From an uncultured virus (IMG/VR IMGVR_UViG_3300011906_000001) (lineage: Duplodnaviria; Heunggongvirae; Uroviricota; Caudoviricetes): DNA of 64,000 bases. Positions 1 through 7,582 of this stretch are shown in pieces. Below the pieces are notes generated by a model. That model searched no databases, had not been told where the DNA came from, and saw only the letters and a program-made list of their open reading frames with translations. The stretch covers positions 1 through 64,000 of IMG/VR virus record IMGVR_UViG_3300011906_000001. The stretch is one strand, 5' to 3'. Within the stretch, counting starts at the first letter, position 1, and every line of letters begins with the position of its first letter. Both the position numbers and the translations under genes were made by a program.

Positions 1-543
1 CCCACCCGCCTCTATGGTTCTACTGAGCGTGCTCATCTTGTATCCACCAGGTTGTTTCGTGGCGCCCCCACGCTTCAAGCCATTGGTTACACCGGGATTG
101 ATCGAATGGCCTATCCCATCGATGGCCCGACCGATGTGGATTCGCAGTATGACCGGGAAGATGTCAATACCCCAGTTGGTATTACGTATCGAGAAGGCAG
201 ACCGCGTCGTCAGGTCGGTCCTGTGATGACCCAGGCTGAGCGACATCTGCCTTGGTTCCAAGCGGTTCCTCAAGATGTCGAGGATGTGCAATCCTGGTTA
301 AAGCCTGCTGATATCCATCCTGTGATTATCGATGATTATTACGTCTTCTCAGAAGCGTTTTATCGAAATCGAGAACACGGTCAATCCAAACTTGAATTGC
401 TAACCCGTCAATTGATTGAAGGCGATCAATTAAACCTTAAAGCCATGGATTATATCCTACAGTCTGTGTACGACTGGGATAATTTGGAACGGTTTTATTA
501 CCACCCCATTATCCTTGGGCTATTAAGGCACGTGATGCGCTAA
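1..543 (+). CDS. C-terminal part of a probable virion structural protein (5' end outside window)
   Basis: Frame 1 is open from base 1 (PTRLYGSTERAH...) to TAA at 543; first gene of a tightly packed cluster ending at the 2490 hairpin. Confidence 0.65.
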   Translation, partial: PTRLYGSTERAHLVSTRLFRGAPTLQAIGYTGIDRMAYPIDGPTDVDSQYDREDVNTPVGITYREGRPRRQVGPVMTQAERHLPWFQAVPQDVEDVQSWLKPADIHPVIIDDYYVFSEAFYRNREHGQSKLELLTRQLIEGDQLNLKAMDYILQSVYDWDNLERFYYHPIILGLLRHVMR

Positions 544-554
544 GGAACTTTAAC

Positions 555-1130
555 ATGTACGTCCCTGTTGATAAACGCACAGCTGCCTGGAGACTCTTTC
601 ATCTAAGGTATCAGGTGCGGATTCCTGAAATCTTGATGTATGGTCCAAACTACCTGAAGAAGATTGGGTATAACCTCACAGGCGATAAGCGAGTCGATGC
701 AGGGGTTTCCTCACGCATGACCACTCAAAATCAAACCGCAGCAGGGATTGCCTTGCTGCATGCCCAAGGTGCTCCGCTTGATTTTGTTAATCGTACCGAT
801 ATCGCCAAGGTGTATAACGACATTCAAGAACATTTGAATGATTGGTATAAAGTGGCCTATCAGGGCATTCATCCTGACTTAACGCCTCCTTTAGAGGATT
901 TCAGGATGTTTGAAGCGGTGGCGATGGAGCTTTATAGAGCGGCTAAAATCACCCAACCGGTTGAGCCTGACATTGATACGATTAAAGACCGCATCATGCA
1001 GCTGACACGGTCAAGAAACCCTGTGTTTGCCTCCATGCAGGCCAGGAAGAAACACATGGATGGCGAGGGGAATCTTAAGCCCTATGAATCTATTGTGGAT
1101 AAAATTGAAGAGTTAATACTGGAGGGTTAA
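555..1130 (+). CDS. conserved hypothetical jumbo-phage protein
   Basis: 191 aa ORF, AAGGA SD upstream, coupled to neighbours. Confidence 0.7.
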   Translation: MYVPVDKRTAAWRLFHLRYQVRIPEILMYGPNYLKKIGYNLTGDKRVDAGVSSRMTTQNQTAAGIALLHAQGAPLDFVNRTDIAKVYNDIQEHLNDWYKVAYQGIHPDLTPPLEDFRMFEAVAMELYRAAKITQPVEPDIDTIKDRIMQLTRSRNPVFASMQARKKHMDGEGNLKPYESIVDKIEELILEG

Positions 1131-1135
1131 GTCCC

Positions 1136-2488
1136 ATGGCTGTTGATGCCACCTTAATGTTTCGTGAAGTGGATTTGGTGAGCCAATCAGGGATGAGCAA
1201 CAGCCACTTTCGAATCGATTGTCAGTTATTGGTCAATGGTAAATGGCTCACTCCTCACCGGCTTGATTTGTACACCCAAGAACGAAACTATGAAGCCAGT
1301 TGGGGAGAGGAGCTGTTAATCAATATCACCTTAGGCTTGGGGACGTACACCTATCAAGTGCTTCAGTTCAGAGACAACCTGGTGGCTGAACTGAAGTTTG
1401 TCCCCCTCACTGAAAACTCCGATGAACAACGCTCTGATATCAATACCCAAGTGGTGAGGTATCGTGCGATTCTGATTGATCAGGATAACCAAGCCTTAAC
1501 GGGTAAACATTCTCAAGCCACCACGGAAGAGGCATTAAACCAAGCGGGGCTTAAAGAAATTCAGCTTCAGCTTCTGACTGAAACCAATTATCGCATGAAC
1601 ATGATTCCGACCGGGCGATTGTTCAGGCAGGTTAAACCGATGGATGCGGTGGTCTCGCTCTTAACGGAAAGCATTGCTAAAGTTAAAGGCAATGGCGATC
1701 AGCAGATCCTGGGGATTAACGTCACAGAGGGTCATAATCCAGAGCCTCGTAAAGTGATTAACTTGGCGCATGGCATTAAGATGACCCAGGTGGTCAGTCA
1801 TGTCCAAGATCAGGAAGGGGGTCTTTACCCAACAGGCTGTGGATGTTTTATCCAAGATCAGTATTGGTGGGTGTACCCGCTATACGACACCGATCGTGTT
1901 AATAAACAACTCAAGACCCTTACCGTATACAACGTCCCTTCAGACCGCTTAGATGGCGCAGAGCGCACCTACCGTGAGACCAGTAACCAGGTGATTGTAT
2001 TGGCCACAGGCGATGCCAGTGCCTTAGACCCATCGCTCTTTGAAAAGCTTAATCAAGGCAATGGATTGCGCTTTACCGATGCCAGAAAGCTGATTGGAGG
2101 CTTTGCTGCCCTTAAAGACAACCGCATGTTGTTTGATCGGGCCAGTAATGTGTTTGAGGTGGCGGCCTCTAAGCTTAAAACTGAATTTAATAACATTGCG
2201 TGGACAGAAGACCGTTCAACGGCCAACCCCTTTAAGCATTATTCGGAGATGGCTAAACGCAATGGCCGTTACGTCACGATGACCTGGCGTCATGGGGATT
2301 GCGATCTACTAAAGCCTGGCATGCCGGTTAAATTCTCAACAGTCCATGAAAATCAAATGAGAACCTATAACGGTGTACTCTTAGGGGTTCAGGAACAACG
2401 GATACCAGCTGAAGCAGGGGCGGTATCTAGACGCCATCCTTCAAGTGTCATTCTACGGTTATTTATCAATCCTGAAGAGATCGCTTAA
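1136..2488 (+). CDS. virion structural protein, putative baseplate hub-like (phiKZ gp101-like)
   Basis: 450 aa, GGAGG SD; C-terminal W..GD..LLKPGMPVKF pattern resembles contractile-tail hub proteins; function inferred. Confidence 0.55.
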   Translation: MAVDATLMFREVDLVSQSGMSNSHFRIDCQLLVNGKWLTPHRLDLYTQERNYEASWGEELLINITLGLGTYTYQVLQFRDNLVAELKFVPLTENSDEQRSDINTQVVRYRAILIDQDNQALTGKHSQATTEEALNQAGLKEIQLQLLTETNYRMNMIPTGRLFRQVKPMDAVVSLLTESIAKVKGNGDQQILGINVTEGHNPEPRKVINLAHGIKMTQVVSHVQDQEGGLYPTGCGCFIQDQYWWVYPLYDTDRVNKQLKTLTVYNVPSDRLDGAERTYRETSNQVIVLATGDASALDPSLFEKLNQGNGLRFTDARKLIGGFAALKDNRMLFDRASNVFEVAASKLKTEFNNIAWTEDRSTANPFKHYSEMAKRNGRYVTMTWRHGDCDLLKPGMPVKFSTVHENQMRTYNGVLLGVQEQRIPAEAGAVSRRHPSSVILRLFINPEEIA

Positions 2489-2489
2489 C

Positions 2490-2528
2490 GGCATAAGCCC
2501 TCCCCTTGATTGGGGAGGGATTCTTTTC
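2490..2528. terminator. hairpin terminator (CATAA family)
   Basis: GGCATAAG-CCCTCCCC-TTGATT-GGGGAGGG-ATTCTTTT directly after stop. Confidence 0.75.
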
Positions 2529-2549
2529 GTGTGGGGTACTGAGTGTAAC

Positions 2550-2930
2550 ATGTCACAATCGACCAATACCTACATTGCAGTGAATCCTTTATGGTCTTAT
2601 AACTTTGTTGGAGGCCTTAAAGAATATGTTGAGCTGGACATGGGTCTTTTAGACAACGCTTACCAACTGGTTTCAACGTATTTGATTTACCGGGCTAATT
2701 TTCACAAGAATCATTTAAAAGACCAGTATAACCTAACCATCGCCAATCTGTATAACCAGGCCGATGCACTTGGGATACCTGTGTCTTATTTTCAGTTTTA
2801 CTGTGATTGTCTATTTAGAGACCTGTTGATTTGTTTTAATCAAATCCCTGGGTTTTTAAAAACCATCACGCCCATCTCCAATAATCAAGGCGATATCATA
2901 GGCTTTGTCATTGAACATCAATACCACTGA
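2550..2930 (+). CDS. hypothetical protein
   Basis: ORF 2445..2930 trimmed to ATG 2550 because the upstream part runs through the terminator. Confidence 0.55.
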   Translation: MSQSTNTYIAVNPLWSYNFVGGLKEYVELDMGLLDNAYQLVSTYLIYRANFHKNHLKDQYNLTIANLYNQADALGIPVSYFQFYCDCLFRDLLICFNQIPGFLKTITPISNNQGDIIGFVIEHQYH

Positions 2931-2939
2931 ATAAACATT

Positions 2940-2978
2940 CGATTGAATAAAAAATAAAACCTATATCACCGAGGTGAG
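2940..2978 (+). promoter_or_regulatory. putative early (virion RNAP) promoter
   Basis: A-rich upstream, CTATAT at 2961, N8, TGAG; same geometry as other copies in the window. Confidence 0.55.
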
Positions 2979-3003
2979 TCTAGCGCTATGGAATGGATAG
3001 TTT

Positions 3004-3150
3004 ATGATGCCTAAATTTGATCCGGTATTGGAAGAGAAAACCTACAGTGTTAAAGCAAAAAACGCACCCCCCACTCAAGTACACCCAATTGTACTTACAA
3101 TCATCTTTTTCGTAATGCTTGGCATTACCCTGTTCTTTAATGGAGCCTAG
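3004..3150 (+). CDS. small tail-anchored membrane protein (48 aa, not in ORF track)
   Basis: MMPKFDPVLEEKTYSVKAKNAPPTQVHPIVLTIIFFVMLGITLFFNGA; C-terminal hydrophobic helix; follows the early promoter. Confidence 0.55.
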   Translation: MMPKFDPVLEEKTYSVKAKNAPPTQVHPIVLTIIFFVMLGITLFFNGA

Positions 3151-3168
3151 AAGGCCATAGGAGGCGAT

Positions 3169-3534
3169 ATGAAAGCCGTTATCTTCAGTATCATGGTAAT
3201 CCCTATATTAGCGATTGCGCTCTGTGTGGTGGCGTTTTACGCCCTTAAGGAGAAGTTCTATAAACGCTTCTCTAAAAAGGAGGATAAAGAGAAATTAGAG
3301 TTTCTCCATCAACTCCTAGAAGAAAAAGGGTTTTTCAATAAAAACGATTATGATGGACGCCTTAAATACATTAACAACAAAGTCATTACCAGGCTTTGTA
3401 CGCGACTGTTTAAAACAGGGGATCTGATTAGTTATGCTGAGCAACAACACTTAAGCATCAGTACCAATATCAGTGAGGATATTCCTTACGATTGGATTCT
3501 GTGTTCAAGGAATCACTGCGTTGGATTCAATTAG
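3169..3534 (+). CDS. hypothetical membrane-anchored protein
   Basis: Strong AGGAGG SD; N-terminal hydrophobic helix followed by basic residues. Confidence 0.7.
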   Translation: MKAVIFSIMVIPILAIALCVVAFYALKEKFYKRFSKKEDKEKLEFLHQLLEEKGFFNKNDYDGRLKYINNKVITRLCTRLFKTGDLISYAEQQHLSISTNISEDIPYDWILCSRNHCVGFN

Positions 3535-3561
3535 CCTCCCCGTGTGGGAGGCCTTTATGTC
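3534..3561 (+). terminator. hairpin terminator with TTTATG tail
   Basis: GCCTCCC-CGTGT-GGGAGGC-CTTTATGTC. Confidence 0.7.
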
Positions 3562-3569
3562 GTCTTTAT

Positions 3570-3620
3570 GTTGATTCCAACTAATTTGAAACCTATATAG
3601 CCTTTGTGAATCTACAGCAA
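3570..3620 (+). promoter_or_regulatory. early promoter, TTGATTCCAA class
   Basis: TTGATTCCAA(3571)...CTATAT(3593)-N8-TGAA; near-identical to 62414-62464. Confidence 0.75.
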
Positions 3621-3657
3621 TCAGATTCACTCATAAACCTTTTAGGATGGACTTATT

Positions 3658-3840
3658 ATGACTACGCACACTCAAAACACTCAAGAATCAACCAGCACCT
3701 TCGACAAGTTCAAACAAGGCGTCGGTGAAGTGGGTAATTCGTTGGTAGCCGGTGCTGTCATGGGGGTAACGATTGGCGTTATCCTGCTCCCCCTCACCTT
3801 CACTGCGCGTCTGATCACCAACGCGCTCGACAACGAATAA
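3658..3840 (+). CDS. small early membrane protein (60 aa)
   Basis: AGGA SD; Gly-rich hydrophobic helix LVAGAVMGVTIGVILLPL. Confidence 0.7.
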   Translation: MTTHTQNTQESTSTFDKFKQGVGEVGNSLVAGAVMGVTIGVILLPLTFTARLITNALDNE

Positions 3841-3868
3841 TATTCATTAAATTTAGGAGAACATGATC

Positions 3869-4033
3869 ATGACTTACGAACACGAAGCTACTACCCAGAA
3901 CGAAACCGAAACCCAATCCTCGGGTACTGTTGTAAAAGTGCTGTCTTTCACGGCGCTGGTTTTCGGTGTTGCAGCGGCCAGCATTGCAGTGCGCGCTGTT
4001 GGTAATGCATTGGCTGATGCCATTAACGGCTGA
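3869..4033 (+). CDS. small early membrane protein (54 aa, not in ORF track)
   Basis: AGGAG SD; MTYEHEATTQNETETQSSGTVVKVLSFTALVFGVAAASIAVRAVGNALADAING; same architecture as 3658..3840. Confidence 0.7.
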   Translation: MTYEHEATTQNETETQSSGTVVKVLSFTALVFGVAAASIAVRAVGNALADAING

Positions 4034-4054
4034 GTCTACTTAACAGACTAATCT

Positions 4055-4088
4055 AATAAGGAGATGATCATTCATCTCCTTATTTTTT
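4055..4088 (+). terminator. intrinsic terminator
   Basis: AATAAGGAGATGA-TCAT-TCATCTCCTTATT followed by T run. Confidence 0.75.
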
Positions 4089-4114
4089 AATGAACAGTAA
4101 AAGGACTATACGCT

Positions 4115-4348
4115 ATGGCGGCTCTTAGTAAATTCGACATTGAATTTACCCGCAAGCAAGGCCCAGTGGTTAAAGCTCGGACAGTTGTGTATGCAACCAA
4201 TTTAACAGAAGCGCTTCATCTGCTTAAGATGAAATGTACCGATTTCTGGGCGTTAATCAATCTGGTTGAAACCCCTGATAAAGGCTGGCTCACCCAAGGG
4301 CGTAAATACAACGCTAAAGCACGGGTTGAATCGGTAACAATGGTTTAA
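4115..4348 (+). CDS. hypothetical protein
   Basis: 77 aa, AAGGA SD. Confidence 0.65.
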   Translation: MAALSKFDIEFTRKQGPVVKARTVVYATNLTEALHLLKMKCTDFWALINLVETPDKGWLTQGRKYNAKARVESVTMV

Positions 4349-4355
4349 TAACAAT

Positions 4356-4402
4356 CCCCAGGGCATTGGCTCTGGGGTATTGATTTCTTTTTTTCTTTTT
4401 TT
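4356..4402 (+). terminator. intrinsic terminator
   Basis: CCCCAGGGC-ATTG-GCTCTGGGG followed by a long T-rich tract. Confidence 0.6.
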
Positions 4403-4415
4403 AATTGAGGCAAGC

Positions 4416-4901
4416 ATGATCATATTTGAAGAAGGTGATGATATCTTCAAGGTTGATGCCAATATCTATGTCATTACAGTTAACTGCATTGGCGTGATGG
4501 GTAAAGGACTTGCCAAATCCTTTCGTGTAAAATACCCTGAGCTGTATGAACGGTATAAACGAGATTGCAGAAAAGGAACTATCGGCATTGGTCGTCCTGT
4601 GATCTATGAACATGAAAGTCAAAAACGATTTATGATGTTCCCCACTAAACTTAATTGGCGCAATCCTTCACGCTATGATTATATCTCATCGTCCCTTCAA
4701 TGGATTAAAAATGCCATTGGGACTGAGATAAGTCCCACTGACTCCATTGTGATGCCGCCGTTAGGGTGTCATAATGGAGGGCTGTCATTTGAGATGGTCT
4801 CGTTAACCATCGCTGAAGTGCTTCAATCCCTTGATAACCTGGTGATCGTTGTGTATCCCTGGCATGAACATCCTCATCATTCACTCATGGCAAAAGGATA
4901 G
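4416..4901 (+). CDS. macrodomain ADP-ribosyl hydrolase, DarG/TARG1-like
   Basis: VNCIGVMGKGLAKSF, FPTK..W, MPPLGCHNGGL motifs; GAGG SD before ATG 4416. Confidence 0.85.
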   Translation: MIIFEEGDDIFKVDANIYVITVNCIGVMGKGLAKSFRVKYPELYERYKRDCRKGTIGIGRPVIYEHESQKRFMMFPTKLNWRNPSRYDYISSSLQWIKNAIGTEISPTDSIVMPPLGCHNGGLSFEMVSLTIAEVLQSLDNLVIVVYPWHEHPHHSLMAKG

Positions 4902-4909
4902 TGTGCGTC

Positions 4910-5335
4910 ATGAAACTGGTTACCTTTCTTCCTTATATGGCAACTATTTACCTTCCTGCAACTACGACCGTAATTGCAATTGGGAGCCAAAACAGCCTTT
5001 ATTCATACGAACATGAGTTCACGCATAAACTCGATCTTGAGTTCAATGATGGGTACTTTATTAAAGGGGTTTCTTTTAATGAAGAGATGGCCAATCAGCT
5101 TCTAGATTTTCTAGACGATGCACCTGACGATCAACTGGTTGTGGTTCATTGTGGTCAAGGGGTTATTCGTTCACCTGCGGTTGCTGTCTTTATGGCAGAC
5201 TTTTTAGATTATAAACTGGAGTTGGATTTTGAAGGGTGCCTTCAACACACCCACTTCATGAACGATAAAATCTACCAGGTGTTATCCAAGGCGTATTACA
5301 ATCGCCTTGAACGAAAAGAAGCCGTCAATGGTTGA
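4910..5335 (+). CDS. protein-tyrosine/dual-specificity phosphatase-like protein
   Basis: VVVHCGQGVIRSPAVA matches the HCxxGxxRS catalytic loop; alternative GTG start at 4901. Confidence 0.8.
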   Translation: MKLVTFLPYMATIYLPATTTVIAIGSQNSLYSYEHEFTHKLDLEFNDGYFIKGVSFNEEMANQLLDFLDDAPDDQLVVVHCGQGVIRSPAVAVFMADFLDYKLELDFEGCLQHTHFMNDKIYQVLSKAYYNRLERKEAVNG

Positions 5336-5371
5336 TTCCAATTAATTTGACGTCTATATAGCTATCATGAA
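5331..5371 (+). promoter_or_regulatory. early promoter, TTGATTCCAA class
   Basis: TTGATTCCAA(5332)...CTATAT(5354)-N8-TGAA; overlaps the stop codon of the upstream gene. Confidence 0.7.
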
Positions 5372-5374
5372 TAG

Positions 5375-5408
5375 AAGCCCTTCTCGTCATTGAGAAGGGC
5401 TTTATACC
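5375..5408 (+). terminator. hairpin (terminator or 5' stem-loop)
   Basis: AAGCCCTTCTC-GTCATT-GAGAAGGGCTT-TATACC. Confidence 0.55.
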
Positions 5409-5432
5409 GCCATAAACAAAAGGAATGTGTCC

Positions 5433-6098
5433 ATGTCCCGCCTTAATCAACCCCTGGACTCTCATGAACGTGTTATCGTGAATGTCGAAGTTCTGAAAAA
5501 CATTCCACCTGAGGCTAACCCTTTTCATCACGATGCTTTTAACATGGGGACGGATCTTGCTCGGGGTTGGATGGCCATGCATGCGGGCTTTGATAACAAA
5601 GAAAGCCCCTTTGCAATGGAGTACATCATTTTAGTGAATACCCGCACAGGACAGCGTTTTCGCATTAACCTATTACCTGAGGTGCCTAAACGTAAGAAAG
5701 TGGTCTACATCGTAACGGGCGAAGATGTAGACGATACCCTGGGTGCGTTGCTCTTGATTCGTGAACACGGGAATGAAGTATTTTCATTAAACTTTAACAA
5801 GATCATTGCAAACCCTGAAGAGTTGTATGTTCGTGTAAATGAAGGGGTTATCCAACTGACCGAATGCTTAACACTCGATACAGCCAAAGCAGCTTGGGAA
5901 GATCAACTATGCGCCGATTTCTCAGAAACTGAATGGCGTAAGGTATTTCCAAAACTTGTGGACACCTTAATCGAAAATATCGAGCGGAACAGACTGAAAC
6001 ATCCTCAATATGATCCACTTAACAAGTATGGCATGGATTATGAAACCCTTAAAACCATCGCCTCTGAATTTAAAAAGGATTCTGAACATGACTGCTAA
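5433..6098 (+). CDS. hypothetical protein
   Basis: About 221 aa, AAGGA SD before ATG 5433. Confidence 0.7.
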   Translation: MSRLNQPLDSHERVIVNVEVLKNIPPEANPFHHDAFNMGTDLARGWMAMHAGFDNKESPFAMEYIILVNTRTGQRFRINLLPEVPKRKKVVYIVTGEDVDDTLGALLLIREHGNEVFSLNFNKIIANPEELYVRVNEGVIQLTECLTLDTAKAAWEDQLCADFSETEWRKVFPKLVDTLIENIERNRLKHPQYDPLNKYGMDYETLKTIASEFKKDSEHDC

Positions 6099-6255
6099 AA
6101 TCAATATATTGCTTCTGGTTGTAGGGATTACATTGGGTGCTTGCTTTACCACCCTGGCGATGATGGACCCACCCACCCGCAATCAAGACGAACGCGTCAT
6201 CTTAGGCCACCGTGTAGGCCCTGATGGTAATGTTCATTTGGTCTATGCTGACTGA
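6088..6255 (+). CDS. small membrane protein (55 aa)
   Basis: MTAKINILLLVVGITLGACFTTLAMM...; AAGGA SD; overlaps upstream stop. Confidence 0.55.
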   Translation: MTAKINILLLVVGITLGACFTTLAMMDPPTRNQDERVILGHRVGPDGNVHLVYAD

Positions 6256-6302
6256 CATAACGCCCTCCCCATGATGGGGAGGGTTTATACCCTTTATTTT
6301 TT
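6254..6302. terminator. hairpin terminator (CATAA family)
   Basis: GACATAACG-CCCTCCCCA-TGA-TGGGGAGGG-TTTATACC then T run. Confidence 0.75.
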
Positions 6303-6397
6303 GTATAACGTTTGAATGCAATCGTTATTCTATAGCCTTCCGGTTAAAAGGAGGTTAACCCTTCATGATCTATCAATTTTAAATAAGGTTTTAGTCC

Positions 6398-7531
6398 ATG
6401 TCCAGGCTTGAGAAATACCTGACCATCTCCCAAGAAGAATTCGAAGAAGAACACGTTCCCCAAGAAGAATGGGTTGAACTCCCTGAAACTCAAATGGATG
6501 ATATCCAAGAAGGGATTGAAACCAAAGAAGCCCTCGATAGCCTGGCTGAGAAAGTTGAAGAAGCGCCTGAAGAAGCGTCTCTGGAAGCTTATGACTGGTC
6601 CTATCGCACCATCACTCAACTGATGGGCATTGCCCCGTCGGTGTACCCATCGCTGGAAAGCTTCGAAGAGCCTGCGCTTAAGAAGAGCGAGCTGTCCAAA
6701 TCCATTCGGGCCTTCTCCAATCGTCTGGATCTGGCCATCACTGCCTCTATCGAAGATTACACCGAATCATTCGGCAACTCCTTGAAAGAGATCGTCACCA
6801 GCATCACTACCTCGGCTGCCAAGCTCAAAAGTGAAGCCAACAGCGTGGAAGGCGTTCCAAGCAAGATGGTTGAAATCGACCATCGTCGTATTTGGAACAT
6901 GGTTCATGTGGCAGGTAAAAAGCCTAAGCATTTGGCCGATCTCTCCCGCGCTGAAAGCGATTCGTTGAAAAAGCTTCTTCAAATCGCCAGAGATGCGGCC
7001 AGCTCGCTTAAGAATAACCAAGACAGCAAATCGGCATTGAACAACGCCGATGGCCAAAGCGTTTCGCTGATGTTCAACACCACCGTCACAATTAGCGGTG
7101 GTAAGGCTATATTCGATAAATCGAATGTGCCCACGCCTAAGGCCGTTAAAACCGGTTCTGATAAGAATCGGGGTATGTTGATTGGTTTTGCGATTGGCCT
7201 GTTCATTCCGATTCCCTTCTCCTCAATTGCTGGCGCTTACATCGGACGTAAGAACGCCAGCGCAACCGGTAGCGAAGCCGTCTCCAAGCGTGATGTGGAT
7301 GATGCCCTGAGCTTCCTTAAGGCGGTTGCTGATTACAGCCAGCTGACCCGCGATATCGAAAGCATCGCTGAAACGCTGAGTCAGTCCGTTGAAGAGGCGG
7401 GTGAAGATAAAACTGCCGCTAAGCGTGCAGCAGCGCCTGTCATGGAATTGCTGGGCGGTATCGGTCGTCATATTGCCGATGTCATGTACGGTGGTTCCAT
7501 CTTGGCTGAAGCGCTCGCAGACGCTAAATGA
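6398..7531 (+). CDS. internal head (inner body/ejection family) protein
   Basis: Acidic propeptide with S-x-E motifs (ISQE, ASLE, PSLE, ASIE) typical of phiKZ-type head protease substrates; high-expression codon usage. Confidence 0.7.
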   Translation: MSRLEKYLTISQEEFEEEHVPQEEWVELPETQMDDIQEGIETKEALDSLAEKVEEAPEEASLEAYDWSYRTITQLMGIAPSVYPSLESFEEPALKKSELSKSIRAFSNRLDLAITASIEDYTESFGNSLKEIVTSITTSAAKLKSEANSVEGVPSKMVEIDHRRIWNMVHVAGKKPKHLADLSRAESDSLKKLLQIARDAASSLKNNQDSKSALNNADGQSVSLMFNTTVTISGGKAIFDKSNVPTPKAVKTGSDKNRGMLIGFAIGLFIPIPFSSIAGAYIGRKNASATGSEAVSKRDVDDALSFLKAVADYSQLTRDIESIAETLSQSVEEAGEDKTAAKRAAAPVMELLGGIGRHIADVMYGGSILAEALADAK

Positions 7532-7568
7532 CATAATGCCCCTCCCTTAATTGGGAGGGGCTTATGCC
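7530..7568. terminator. bidirectional hairpin between convergent genes
   Basis: GACATAAT-GCCCCTCCC-TTAATT-GGGAGGGGC-TTATGCC. Confidence 0.8.
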
Positions 7569-7582
7569 GGTTCTTTATTTAA

